From a bacterium (GTDB lineage: Bacteria; Patescibacteriota; Microgenomatia; Woykebacterales; RBG-16-39-9b), in NCBI GenBank assembly GCA_030704665.1, contig JAUYID010000009.1, positions 256,832 through 320,831 of the forward strand: a stretch of 64,000 nt of DNA. Direction: 5' to 3'. The position numbers were made by a program, and so were the translations under genes. Position 1 is the first letter of the stretch. The number at the start of each line of letters is the position of its first letter. Shown here piece by piece: positions 7,974-17,334 of this stretch. The notes beneath the pieces are model-generated. The model searched no databases. It was not told where the DNA came from and was given only the letters and a program-made list of their open reading frames with translations.

Positions 7974-8603
7974 ATGAAGCGGAGGAAGGAACAGCTCATG
8001 AGAGGTCGAGTTATCTTCATCGGACTGGCCATGGTGGCCATCAGCGTTTTCGCCTTCGCCTGCGACGTCTACGGTGGATACGATGACGAGCAGACTCCGA
8101 CTCAGCAGGCAGCGATCGGCACGCTGGTTGCTCAGCAGACAGTGGCGCCGCTACCGACTCCGCGCCCGGTTGGCTACTGTGTGAAGGAGATCGCCAGTGG
8201 AGAGGTGGAACTTGGGGATCGGATGCGGATCACACCGGTCAAGGATTCGGATGGCAAGGATCAGGGTCTCAACCTGATCGCGAACTTTACGGTTCTGGGC
8301 ACCGACACGTTTCTCATCGCCAATGCCGCTCGGGGACCGCACTACCGGTTCCTGGTGAATCCGGCGTCAGTTGTGCCGGGGGATCAGTTGGTCAGCCCGA
8401 TAATCTTCGGTCCAGCCGTCGGTATGGTCGGACGTCTCATCGACGTTACCTGTGGGGAGGTCCCGATCTTGTACTTGGAGGTCTCGTTCTGGGATCTCTG
8501 TCACCAGGTTCCCGATGCGATTGTGGTCGAGGGTAAACCGCTCCTTGATGTGATCAAGACGGACTATCGTGTCGATCCCTGCAACATCGGCGGACCTGAG
8601 TAG
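7974..8603 (+). CDS. putative secreted lipoprotein, hypothetical (GC-rich islet)
   Basis: Internal Met of ORF 7848-8603. N-terminus MKRRKEQLMRGRVIFIGLAMVAISVFAFAC resembles a lipoprotein signal with lipobox Cys. Confidence 0.45.
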   Translation: MKRRKEQLMRGRVIFIGLAMVAISVFAFACDVYGGYDDEQTPTQQAAIGTLVAQQTVAPLPTPRPVGYCVKEIASGEVELGDRMRITPVKDSDGKDQGLNLIANFTVLGTDTFLIANAARGPHYRFLVNPASVVPGDQLVSPIIFGPAVGMVGRLIDVTCGEVPILYLEVSFWDLCHQVPDAIVVEGKPLLDVIKTDYRVDPCNIGGPE

Positions 8604-8615
8604 GGAGGGATATAC

Positions 8616-8816
8616 ATGGAATTCGGTACGAGAGTGGGAATCCTTTTCGTAGGGCTGCTGACCTTTGCCTTCCCTGGAGCGTTCGGGGTTTGGGGATTGG
8701 TGAGCTTTTACAGTGAAGGCTCAGAGCTCTTTTGGCCTCTCCTGGTGAGTTTCAGCCTCGGTGTGCCCGTTGCTGTTGTTCTCTTGGCTAGCGAGGCGCT
8801 GTTCTCGGAGAGCTAG
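8616..8816 (+). CDS. small hydrophobic membrane protein, hypothetical
   Basis: 66 aa, two predicted TM segments, GAGGGA RBS. GC-rich. Confidence 0.35.
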   Translation: MEFGTRVGILFVGLLTFAFPGAFGVWGLVSFYSEGSELFWPLLVSFSLGVPVAVVLLASEALFSES

Positions 8817-8935
8817 GACGAAGAAGAGAGAGTTTTTGTAGGAGAAAGCGCTTGCGCTTTGCTTTAATGCCAGATTCCGAAACTCGGAACTGCTCCTTTC
8901 CTTCAGAAAATCTTGCGTAAGGTTTGTTGAAGAGG

Positions 8936-8976
8936 AGAAACGACTTGGAAACGGGTCGTTTTTCTTTGGCATTTAG
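8936..8976 (+). terminator. intrinsic terminator (AAACGAC..GTCGTTT stem + T-run)
   Basis: GAGAAACGACTTGGAAACGGGTCGTTTTTCTTTGG. Near-identical module at 30174-30205. Confidence 0.6.
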
Positions 8977-9011
8977 CTAGGACAAATTGTACGATCGTGG
9001 AGTTTTGTTGG
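8970..9011 (+). repeat. copy 2 of 33-bp ACGATCGTG motif
   Basis: TTTAGCTAGGACAAATTGTACGATCGTGGAGTTTTGTTGG. Confidence 0.6.
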
Positions 9012-9061
9012 GTTTTAGTTTGAATTGGTGTTTATTATTACTCAAGTTTAACTCAACAAAA

Positions 9062-10408
9062 CTACCAAGTCAGAGTGAAATCGGGGTGTCCGGACTTGAA
9101 CTCTTTGAGAGCAATGGGTTTTTTCCCTTCAACTTGAACCGTCTGTTTTGGCAAGAGCTTAACCCTTAATTCTTCATTCTTAATTCTGTAAATTGTCCAG
9201 ACCCCAGGCCAAGGGTGGTAGGCACGAATCAAATTACTTAAATTCTTCGGGGGATTGCCGAAATCGACATAACCGTCTTCTTTTTTCAGTATTTTTGTGT
9301 AAGTTGCCTGTTCATGTTTCTGCGCCTTAGCTTTTATTTTCTTATTGACCCAAAGATGAATGACGTGATTAATTAAATTTGAACCAGTTACAGCCAGCTT
9401 TGCGCTCAGAGTTTCAAAAGTATCGTCTTTGTTGATCCGTTGCTTGGCCGAGATGATGACTGGGCCTTCGTCCATTTTCTCATTCATTTTCATGATCGAG
9501 ACACCAGTGTAAAGATCTCCGGCGGCAATGGCAGCTTGAATTGGGCTAGCACCTCGATATTTGGGCAAAACCGAGCCGTGGACGTTTAGAGAGCCACTGA
9601 CAGGGATATCCAGGATCTCTTTAGGAAGAATCTTACCGTAAGAAGCAACAACAATTACCTGGGGCTTGGCGGCTTTGATTTTAGCAACAATTTCCTCGTT
9701 AACTATTCGTTTACCCGAGCTGTCTTTTTTCACGAGCCAACTTGGTTTCTCGAGAGCGATATTAAACTGTTTAGCCAGTTCTTCCACCGGAGTGACTCTT
9801 TCTTCTTGCTTACGCCCGGCGAGCTTCGGTGGTGCGGTTACTACCAAGGGAATTTCGTACTCACCGACAGTTGATTGACCGATCAAAGATCTCAAAATTG
9901 TGGCTGCAAACTCTGGCGTGCCAAAGAAAACAAGCCGAACCGGCTCAAAGGCCAAGAGATTCTCTTTTTTATCGGCAATGTGATCAACGTAGAAGGTCGA
10001 GGAGAGGTGATCGTATTCGTGCTGAACTATTCTAGCGTAAAAACCACTTAAAGTAGCCAGCTTGGTTTTGCCACGAATGTCGGTGTATTCCAGTACAATC
10101 TCGGTTGCTCGATCGAGAATACCGCGGTAGCCGGGGATGGAAAGACAGCCCTCCTCACCCTCGTCAGTCTCTTTAACCCTTTTTATCATTTTTGGATTGA
10201 TGAAGGTCTCTTTCAGGGCACCGTAATCCACGATAAAGAGCCTGAGTTTTTCACCAATTTGAGGTGCAGCCAGCCCAACTCCGCCGGTGAAGGTCAGAGT
10301 TTCCTGCATATCAGCAACCATTTTTTTTACTTTCTCATCAATGACTGGAACAGGTTTGAAGGTGTATTTCCAGATTGGATCGGTTTTTTTGGTAAGGTTG
10401 AGTAACAT
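9062..10408 (-). CDS. def-fmt: fused peptide deformylase / methionyl-tRNA formyltransferase
   Basis: 448 aa single ORF. N-terminal Def motifs GVGLAAPQIG, EGCLSIPG, QHEYDHL. C-terminal Fmt motifs LVFFGTPEFAA and SLNVHGSVLPKYRGASPIQAAI. Confidence 0.75.
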   Translation of the reverse strand: MLLNLTKKTDPIWKYTFKPVPVIDEKVKKMVADMQETLTFTGGVGLAAPQIGEKLRLFIVDYGALKETFINPKMIKRVKETDEGEEGCLSIPGYRGILDRATEIVLEYTDIRGKTKLATLSGFYARIVQHEYDHLSSTFYVDHIADKKENLLAFEPVRLVFFGTPEFAATILRSLIGQSTVGEYEIPLVVTAPPKLAGRKQEERVTPVEELAKQFNIALEKPSWLVKKDSSGKRIVNEEIVAKIKAAKPQVIVVASYGKILPKEILDIPVSGSLNVHGSVLPKYRGASPIQAAIAAGDLYTGVSIMKMNEKMDEGPVIISAKQRINKDDTFETLSAKLAVTGSNLINHVIHLWVNKKIKAKAQKHEQATYTKILKKEDGYVDFGNPPKNLSNLIRAYHPWPGVWTIYRIKNEELRVKLLPKQTVQVEGKKPIALKEFKSGHPDFTLTW

Positions 10409-10498
10409 CGAAAATTATTATAGCTTGGGAGAGCAAATAGACTCAACAGTTTGCTTGTCTAAGATATAATCTGGGAAAGAAGTGAAGGAGGCTCGGAG

Positions 10499-10867
10499 AT
10501 GGGTATTGTAAAAAGTCTTGACCAGACCTCTGAGGGTCGGCAAGATCTCAAACGTGTTCTGGTCGACTCAGGTCTGATGGATGAATGCAAACGAATCCGT
10601 GACGAATATGCACATGCACGCGGCTACTTTGCTGAGATTCGCTTCCCACCCCGTGTGGCGGAGTTCACCCTTCGTCTCGACTGGTGGAATCCGGATAAGC
10701 CGTGTAAGTACTCAGTTAGAGTGTGGGCCAGGAGGAGAGTCAACGGTACTATCGAGATCAGAATCAACAACTGGAATCTCGACCCAGCATCTCTTCCGAG
10801 TCAGGAGGGGGTAAAGCGCCTGATTCAGAAAGCGATGGAAAACCCGCTCGTCGAGGAACTGAAGTAA
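10499..10867 (+). CDS. hypothetical protein (GC-rich islet)
   Basis: 122 aa. GAAGGAGG RBS. -10-like TATAAT upstream at ~10466. Confidence 0.45.
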   Translation: MGIVKSLDQTSEGRQDLKRVLVDSGLMDECKRIRDEYAHARGYFAEIRFPPRVAEFTLRLDWWNPDKPCKYSVRVWARRRVNGTIEIRINNWNLDPASLPSQEGVKRLIQKAMENPLVEELK

Positions 10868-10943
10868 CGCGTCTAACCCTGTCCAAAACAAGACCCGCAC
10901 TCGCCCCGCGGGTCTTCTCACTTTTAAACCTATAGCCCTTTGA

Positions 10944-10972
10944 CTTTTATACCTAAAAATGCTAAGATGCCG
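10944..10972 (+). promoter_or_regulatory. candidate promoter TTGACT-17-TAAGAT with ~110 nt structured leader
   Basis: TTGACTTTTATACCTAAAAATGCTAAGAT upstream of CDS 11089. Leader contains a GTTTTCGATTCATTCGAAAC hairpin. Confidence 0.3.
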
Positions 10973-11088
10973 CCTACTTTGGTGCTGGCAATCTGTTTTC
11001 GATTCATTCGAAACTAGTTTGCCATCACTATGGAACTCCGTCCATGGGATGTGTGTAGTGGCCGTGGGGCCGAAAGGAGTAGATCGAC

Positions 11089-11556
11089 ATGGCAGGTCTA
11101 AGAGTTTTCAGGGAAACGAGTCGGGCAATCCAGCTCTTCTTTGAGTTGGCTGGTATGCTCGGGCTTCCGGATGCAATTCGGAACATCTACACACCCTCAC
11201 CTAGCCAAGATGAGGGTAGATGGGTGCCTTCGATTCTGATTTTGAGCGGTTTTGCGGGAACGGACGAACCGCTCAGGAGTCGTTTTATCCTGGAATCTGC
11301 CAAAGACGAGCAGCTCCGTCTTGGCAAGGTTATTCTGGAAGGCGATCCTAGCGATGATTGGGGACCTCCAAGTTCCGGAGCAGCTTGGCGCAGGGATTTC
11401 CTAATTCTGAATCACGAGGATGGAAGGCTGGAATTTGTCGCCCCCGGGACAGTTATCGGCAAAGCTTTCAGTCAAATGTCGGCAACTGCCAAACTGGCGA
11501 TACGGCAGCGCTACTTCTACACTGGAGTAACGCCCTTCATCTTTCCCAAAGAATGA
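11089..11556 (+). CDS. hypothetical protein (GC-rich islet)
   Basis: 155 aa. AAAGGAG RBS. Confidence 0.45.
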   Translation: MAGLRVFRETSRAIQLFFELAGMLGLPDAIRNIYTPSPSQDEGRWVPSILILSGFAGTDEPLRSRFILESAKDEQLRLGKVILEGDPSDDWGPPSSGAAWRRDFLILNHEDGRLEFVAPGTVIGKAFSQMSATAKLAIRQRYFYTGVTPFIFPKE

Positions 11557-11603
11557 GTTGAAGAGCTCGGAGCAAGGATGAAACCGAGCAGAAGGAGAAT
11601 ATC

Positions 11604-11837
11604 ATGAGAGCTCTGACCGAAGCCGAGCAGAGGATCTTCGAGATGGTCAAGGATAACACCAGCATTCAGCAGGCGCTGTCCTATCCGGATCGGCTGGTGG
11701 CGATGCGGGAGGTTCGGGCCGTTCTACGTCGCCGGCCAGATGTTCACGATTTGCCCGACGATGGTATCACCGAGGCGCCTGAGTACGCTCTGGCGAATCA
11801 CCTCGTTGACTACCGTGAGCAGGTCAAGACAAGCTGA
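11604..11837 (+). CDS. hypothetical small protein
   Basis: 77 aa. GAAGGAG RBS. GC-rich. Confidence 0.4.
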   Translation: MRALTEAEQRIFEMVKDNTSIQQALSYPDRLVAMREVRAVLRRRPDVHDLPDDGITEAPEYALANHLVDYREQVKTS

Positions 11838-11929
11838 GGGAAAAAAACGAGAGATTCGGGGTGGCGGTGCGAGGTTCTATCCCTTTACCGCCACCTAAGA
11901 TCTTCTCCCATTCATTAATTAAACTAACC

Positions 11930-11969
11930 TTTAGCTAGTACAAAATTTCCGATCGTGAAAAACTGTTGC
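11930..11969 (+). repeat. copy 3 of 33-bp ACGATCGTG motif
   Basis: TTTAGCTAGTACAAAATTTCCGATCGTGAAAAACTGTTGC. Confidence 0.55.
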
Positions 11970-12002
11970 ATTTTCCCGACCAATTACTTTATATTTTAGT
12001 CA

Positions 12003-12512
12003 ATGGCGATCATTGATGACATTCTTGTCCAGCTCATCGACTTTACTTACCACCCCTACAAAATGATGTATGGGGATCTGCGGAAAACCTACAAAGCTGA
12101 GTCAGTCCGGATTGCTCTCTCCCGAGCTCAGAAGAAAGGTTGGTTGGAGCGAAGCTGGAATGATGATGGTACTTACCTAAAATTAACTGACCTTGGTAAG
12201 GAAAGAATGCTTAAATACAAGCCAGTCAGCAAACTCTTGCCCTGGCAGATGGAGGAGGGAGAGGTCAGTTACTGCGTGGTCGTTTTCGATATTCCTGAAA
12301 AAAGCCGCTCGACCCGGGATCTACTGCGCAGAAAGCTAAAAGAAGCCGGCTTTGTCGGCTGGCAGAAAAGTGTTTGGGTGGGGAAAAATATAAATTTGGA
12401 GAAACTACGCGAGTTTTTGAAGGAAGTTGGGCTGGAAAACCATGTTTTGGCAATCGAAACTTCTGACCTTGGTGATGAAGCTTTGGTCAAAGAATTAAGC
12501 ACATTCAGGTAG
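12003..12512 (+). CDS. PaaX-like winged-helix regulator family protein (putative)
   Basis: 169 aa. N-terminal wHTH-like (KKGWLERS...YLKLTDLG) and C-terminal YCVVVFDIPEKSRSTRDLLRRKL...SVWV block resembling the PaaX C-terminal fold. Flanked on both sides by the 33-bp motif. Confidence 0.4.
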   Translation: MAIIDDILVQLIDFTYHPYKMMYGDLRKTYKAESVRIALSRAQKKGWLERSWNDDGTYLKLTDLGKERMLKYKPVSKLLPWQMEEGEVSYCVVVFDIPEKSRSTRDLLRRKLKEAGFVGWQKSVWVGKNINLEKLREFLKEVGLENHVLAIETSDLGDEALVKELSTFR

Positions 12513-12543
12513 TACAAATTTCACGATCGTGGATTTTTGTTGG
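12511..12543 (+). repeat. copy 4 of 33-bp ACGATCGTG motif
   Basis: AGTACAAATTTCACGATCGTGGATTTTTGTTGG. Overlaps the stop codon of CDS 12003-12512. Confidence 0.55.
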
Positions 12544-12675
12544 TTAAATCAAAAAAACGCACTACGAAACTACTCGTCTTGAGACCTTTTTGCTTCTGTT
12601 TCAATTTCTTTCAGCTTCCACATAAGCCGCTATGATGTTAAAAATTGATAGTGATCGCATCTTGTTTGGAAATTG

Positions 12676-12978
12676 CTAACTTTTAATTTCTGATTCCAGT
12701 TGTTGCAATTTCCACATGAAGAGTTTGCCGCGATTGGTCGATTTCGTATTGTAACCAATGGCAAAGACCATGGCTTCGTGGAGAAGATAGCGATTCCTTT
12801 CCTTGGAAAGCTTGATATAGAGAGCTTTGTGTTTAGGGTCGTGAAGCTGCTCAGAGAGGTAAACTCCGAAATCTTGGAACTCGTGGTGTGCATAGACTCG
12901 GCCTTTGGGTTTCCCAAACTTATCTTGAATTACTTTGGAAATGGGTTCAAAGTTAGAATCTTTCTTGTTTTCAGCCAT
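12676..12978 (-). CDS. hypothetical protein, translationally coupled to upstream O-antigen ligase-like gene
   Basis: 100 aa. ATG lies 4 nt after the stop of 12983-15010. Confidence 0.45.
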   Translation of the reverse strand: MAENKKDSNFEPISKVIQDKFGKPKGRVYAHHEFQDFGVYLSEQLHDPKHKALYIKLSKERNRYLLHEAMVFAIGYNTKSTNRGKLFMWKLQQLESEIKS

Positions 12979-12982
12979 AAAT

Positions 12983-15010
12983 TTAGCCTGTGATCAAACT
13001 TTTTTGTAAGTCTTTGGCATCGTCATAATCTGGCTTGAGTTTGAGGACTTTTTCAATTTGCTTGAGCGCTTTTTCCTTGTCCCCGGCGGCTCGATAAATT
13101 ACGGCCAAATTGTACTGAATTGACGCATCAGTCGGAGCCATCTGACCCAGTTTTTCAGCCGCCTGCAAAGTCTCAGGCCAGTATTTTTTGTCGAGCTGAG
13201 CTAGAGAATAGAGAGTTTGCAGGCTGTTCCGGGCCAAGGTAGTATGATGGGGATGCTCTCGGACGAGATCTTGGTTCAGGTCATGAGCTTCAGCAATCAG
13301 GTCGTTTTTGAGCTTTTCGTCATCAACTTCGGCCGCTAAACTGGCTTCGCCCAGCGCCAGTTCAGAGCGGTAAAGGGGTTCGCCCGGGAAAAGGGAGACT
13401 GCTTGCCTGAGATTTTTGTAATTGACCGTCTCATCGACAGTGACCCCTTGGGCATAAAAAGTATCCGCCAGCCAGATTTTTCCGACGAAAAAGAGGCTGT
13501 AAAGACCAAGAAAGACGGCGACGAGAGTTAAAAGCTGACGGCTGAGCGGGTTCTTCAAGTGTTTACTGACAAACTTTTCAAAGTAATCTGTGCTTCTGGT
13601 TTGGTCACTGATGAGGAAGGCTAGAGCCGGGAAAAGGAAAAAGAAAAGAGCGATGATGACCACAGAAAAGCCAAAAATATTTTGGACCAAGAAACCAACA
13701 AAAGCAGAGAAAAGGGCCAGCACCCAGAGGCGCTCTTCAGCCATTTTTGACTGCAAAAGATAGCGAATTGCCCAAAAAACGAAGATTCCGATGAGCAACA
13801 AATAGCTTGCTAAACCAACAATTCCAGTGTTTGCCAAGTAATTTAAATACTCATTGTGGGCCTTGTTGTAGAGATAGTCCCACTCCGCAGTTTGGTTGTG
13901 TTCGGCTGGTCGAAAAAGATAGTAACTGTAGCCAAAAGTTTCAACTCCAGTGCCGAAGAGTGGGTAGTGGCGAAAGATATCAAAAGCTCCTTGCCAGACT
14001 ACCAGACGAATGCGTCCAGTTTGCGCCCCGTCAATTTCAAGTTGAGACTGACTTGATTTTTCCTCCCCCCTTGCTTCAGTTGAAGGGTTGACCCCCCGCA
14101 AGGAGAGAGCATTGCCCAAATTGGAGTTCAAAAGTAAAACTGCGACCAAAAAAGCAGCCAGCCAGAGATAATTTTTCTCCCAAACTGGAGCCAAAGTGAG
14201 CCTCAAACCGAAAAACCTTTTTATTCGGTTGGTGAGGCTTTGCCGATAGAGGGTTAGAAACAAAGAAAAGATAAGGCCAGTCGCAATCAAGCCGAGAGTT
14301 CCACCACGGGAAAGGGTGTAGGTGATAGTTAGGTAAAAGGTAAGTGAAAGAAGGAGAAAAGGAGCTTTTTGCCAAGTTTTTTTGAGAAGAAGCATCAGGG
14401 TTAGAGAGAGTGGCAGAAGCATAGCCAAATAGGCAGCGAGCCAGTTGGGTTGTCCCAGAGTAGAAAAGACCCGCCTTTCCACTGCTTCAGCCCAGTAAGT
14501 GTAGTCAATGCCGTGGTTGATCCACTTGTTGCCGACGTGTTTAGCAAAGAGGGGGTTTGGATGCTGTAAGATCCCGTAGACTGCGACTAAAGCCCCACTT
14601 ACCAGACCAACTAAGATTAAAACTTTAGCTTTAGCTTTATCAAAATTGTTCGTCAAGGCAAAATAAAGCAGGCTATAAGAGAGGATTGAGAAAAAACCAC
14701 CGTTAAAGCGCGAGTAATACCCATAGAGACTGGTGTGAGGATCGATGGAGAGGACAGTCGAAATTAAATTAGCCAGCAAAAAAATTAAAATTGGCCAGTC
14801 AAGAGGAGTGCGGACAAATTTGAAAGAGCGCTGCGCAAGAATCTTCAGCAGCCAGGCAGTTACAATAACCACAGTCAGCAGGTAGGTGAGGACCATTTTG
14901 TTGAATTCAAAGAGTTCGTAGTTGATCGGAAGCCAAATGAGGGGGACGAGGAAAAAAAGAAGGTAAAAGCAGGTTTCAATAGTTGTCTCGTAAACTTTGG
15001 TCCAATTCAC
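12983..15010 (-). CDS. O-antigen ligase (Wzy_C)-like polytopic membrane protein with C-terminal TPR repeats
   Basis: 675 aa. About 10 TM helices and a large loop typical of Wzy_C/WaaL. C-terminal TPR-like AxxxG repeats. Confidence 0.6.
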   Translation of the reverse strand: MNWTKVYETTIETCFYLLFFLVPLIWLPINYELFEFNKMVLTYLLTVVIVTAWLLKILAQRSFKFVRTPLDWPILIFLLANLISTVLSIDPHTSLYGYYSRFNGGFFSILSYSLLYFALTNNFDKAKAKVLILVGLVSGALVAVYGILQHPNPLFAKHVGNKWINHGIDYTYWAEAVERRVFSTLGQPNWLAAYLAMLLPLSLTLMLLLKKTWQKAPFLLLSLTFYLTITYTLSRGGTLGLIATGLIFSLFLTLYRQSLTNRIKRFFGLRLTLAPVWEKNYLWLAAFLVAVLLLNSNLGNALSLRGVNPSTEARGEEKSSQSQLEIDGAQTGRIRLVVWQGAFDIFRHYPLFGTGVETFGYSYYLFRPAEHNQTAEWDYLYNKAHNEYLNYLANTGIVGLASYLLLIGIFVFWAIRYLLQSKMAEERLWVLALFSAFVGFLVQNIFGFSVVIIALFFFLFPALAFLISDQTRSTDYFEKFVSKHLKNPLSRQLLTLVAVFLGLYSLFFVGKIWLADTFYAQGVTVDETVNYKNLRQAVSLFPGEPLYRSELALGEASLAAEVDDEKLKNDLIAEAHDLNQDLVREHPHHTTLARNSLQTLYSLAQLDKKYWPETLQAAEKLGQMAPTDASIQYNLAVIYRAAGDKEKALKQIEKVLKLKPDYDDAKDLQKSLITG

Positions 15011-15118
15011 GAGAAGATATTAACACATCAACTCACAATTCTTAATTCTTCATTCCTAATTCATTGTTAATTCTTGATTCTAACTGTGCTACACTGTTGA
15101 TTCAAAGAGGGACAGCAC

Positions 15119-16174
15119 GTGTATTTATTTGATCAATTACTCGGACAAATTTCTCATGACATCAGTATAGACTTGGGTACGGCCAACACTTTGGTTTTGG
15201 TCAAAGGTAAAGGTATCATCGTGCGTGAACCGACGGTCATTGCCCAGCACCGTAAAACCAAGCAAATTTTGGCCGTCGGTAAAGAAGCTAAAAGAATGCT
15301 TGGGAAAACTCCGCTGATGATCAATGCCATAAGACCCCTCAAAGACGGGGTAATTTCCGATCTTGAAGCAGCTGAAGCGTTGCTTAAATATTTCATCAAA
15401 AAGGTTCATGAGGGTGGCAGCAGTGGTTTACCCAAAATTCCCCGGCCCAGAATCGTCATTGGTATTCCTTCTGGGGTGACTGAAGTCGAAAGACGGGCGG
15501 TCCAGGACGCGGCTGTCAAAGCCGGAGCGCGCGAAGTTTTTCTGATTGAAGAGCCAATGGCAGCTGCCCTTGGGGCTAAACTGCCGATCGAGGAGCCACG
15601 CGGCAATATGGTCGTTGATGTTGGCGGGGGAACGACAGAAATTGCCGTTATTTCTCTTGGGGGAATGGTCATTTCCCAGTCTTTGCGAGTCGCCGGGGAT
15701 GAGATGGATCAAGATATCATCAATTACGCTCGCAGCCGTTACAATCTTTTACTTGGGGAGCGGACCGCAGAAGAAATAAAGGTTAATGCTGGCAGTACTG
15801 TGCCGGCCAAGGTTGAAGGCAAGATTCCGATGCGGGGTCGGGATTTAGAAACCGGCTTGCCTGCCACGGTGATGATCAACGCCGGAGAGGTCCGCGAAGC
15901 GATCTCAGGAACAGTTCGTACTATTATTGAGGCGGTGAAGGATACTCTGGAAGAAACCCCACCGGAACTACTTGGAGATATTTTGGAATCAGGAATTGCT
16001 TTGACGGGTGGAGGATCACTTTTACCGGGCTTTGCGCAGACCCTGGAAAAAGAAACTAAAATTCCGGTTCGACTCATTGAAGATCCTTTGACTAGTGTTG
16101 TACGGGGAGCAGGTAGAGTTTTTGAGGACCGAGAGCTTTTGCGCACGGTGAAAGTTTCTACGGCTCTGCGTTAA
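15119..16174 (+). CDS. mreB: rod shape-determining protein MreB
   Basis: 351 aa. DLGTANTLV phosphate-1 motif, EPMAAALGA, actin-like fold signature. Confidence 0.85.
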   Translation: MYLFDQLLGQISHDISIDLGTANTLVLVKGKGIIVREPTVIAQHRKTKQILAVGKEAKRMLGKTPLMINAIRPLKDGVISDLEAAEALLKYFIKKVHEGGSSGLPKIPRPRIVIGIPSGVTEVERRAVQDAAVKAGAREVFLIEEPMAAALGAKLPIEEPRGNMVVDVGGGTTEIAVISLGGMVISQSLRVAGDEMDQDIINYARSRYNLLLGERTAEEIKVNAGSTVPAKVEGKIPMRGRDLETGLPATVMINAGEVREAISGTVRTIIEAVKDTLEETPPELLGDILESGIALTGGGSLLPGFAQTLEKETKIPVRLIEDPLTSVVRGAGRVFEDRELLRTVKVSTALR

Positions 16175-16189
16175 AGGAAAAAGCATTTT

Positions 16190-16993
16190 ATGAGTAAACT
16201 AATTGCCTCTGTCTCCAAAATCCGTTTGTTTTTTCTGATCCTCTTCGTTGGGCTGATCCTCATTTTTCTGGAGAGGTTTGGAGCACTTGATTTTGCCAAG
16301 GGGGTAGTAAGTTACCTTTCCACCCCGATCCAGCTCTCAGTTTACCGCAGCTATCAAAATCTCTCCCAGAGTCTTGACGCGGTAGTTTCCATTGGTGGTC
16401 TGCACGCTCGCAACTCCACCCTTGAGAGAGAAAATGCCCTCTTGCTAGCCGAAAACATCAAGATCCGTTCTTTGGAAAAAGAAAACGAAAATTTGCGCGC
16501 TCAACTCGGGAGTCCCAAAATTGGCTTAAAGCTAAAAGAAATAGCTTCAGTGATCGGCTTTGGGGTTGGAGGAAATCGAGACAGTTTGCTCCTTGATCAG
16601 GGTCAAAACCAAAAAATTAAGAAAGGAGATCTTGTCGTCGTTAGAAATATTTTCGTTGGTACTGTGGTTGAGGTTTCTCCTCGAACCAGTCGAGTGGCTT
16701 TGATCACTGACCCGCAGACCAAAATTCCGGCTATTACGCAGTCCGGCGCAGTGGGTGTTTTGGCTGGTCAGTTCGGTACTGAGGCACACCTGACCAACGT
16801 GATTCAGGATGATAAATTAAACGAGGGAGAACTCGTCCTGACCTCAGGAGAGGCGGACTATCCGAAAAACTTGGTTCTGGGGAAAATCACTTCCGTCAAA
16901 AAAGTTTCCCGGGAACTTTTTCAAAATGCAAAGGTTGAGAGTTTGCTACCCGCCGGAGAATTGCAAACCGTCTTTGTCATGGAAAGAAAATGA
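16190..16993 (+). CDS. mreC: rod shape-determining protein MreC
   Basis: 267 aa. N-terminal TM, coiled coil, beta-rich C-terminus. Position between mreB and mreD. Confidence 0.7.
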   Translation: MSKLIASVSKIRLFFLILFVGLILIFLERFGALDFAKGVVSYLSTPIQLSVYRSYQNLSQSLDAVVSIGGLHARNSTLERENALLLAENIKIRSLEKENENLRAQLGSPKIGLKLKEIASVIGFGVGGNRDSLLLDQGQNQKIKKGDLVVVRNIFVGTVVEVSPRTSRVALITDPQTKIPAITQSGAVGVLAGQFGTEAHLTNVIQDDKLNEGELVLTSGEADYPKNLVLGKITSVKKVSRELFQNAKVESLLPAGELQTVFVMERK

Positions 16994-17334
16994 AAAACTT
17001 TTCTCACTACCTGATTATTTTTATTTTTGCTCTTGCCCAAACAACTTTTCTGCCTTTGAACTTGATACTGGGCTATTTGCTACTTACTTTTTATCGAAGG
17101 GGCTTCTACTTTGTTTTCCCAATCTTTATCTATAGCGCTGCTTTGCTAGCACTAATGGCCAGCAACTCAGTTGGCTTGACGCTATTCACCTTTTGCCTGA
17201 TTCTCGGTATGGTCGGTCTGATCAAAAACTATTTGCCCGCCGCCCTCTTTATTCGAGCTTCAATATTGATTCTTGCCTTACCTGCCTATGAGCTGACTTA
17301 CAGTTTCTTGTTTCGGTTTATTACTCGTTTATGA
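16990..17334 (+). CDS. mreD: rod shape-determining protein MreD
   Basis: 114 aa polytopic membrane protein overlapping the mreC stop. Operon context. Confidence 0.6.
   Translation: MKNFSHYLIIFIFALAQTTFLPLNLILGYLLLTFYRRGFYFVFPIFIYSAALLALMASNSVGLTLFTFCLILGMVGLIKNYLPAALFIRASILILALPAYELTYSFLFRFITRL

Noticed and set aside
12630-12993. ORFs 12630-12917 (-) and 12700-12993 (+) overlapping CDS 12676-12978
   Set aside because: They are alternative frames of the same locus. Only 12676-12978 is translationally coupled to the upstream gene and has a plausible globular sequence.
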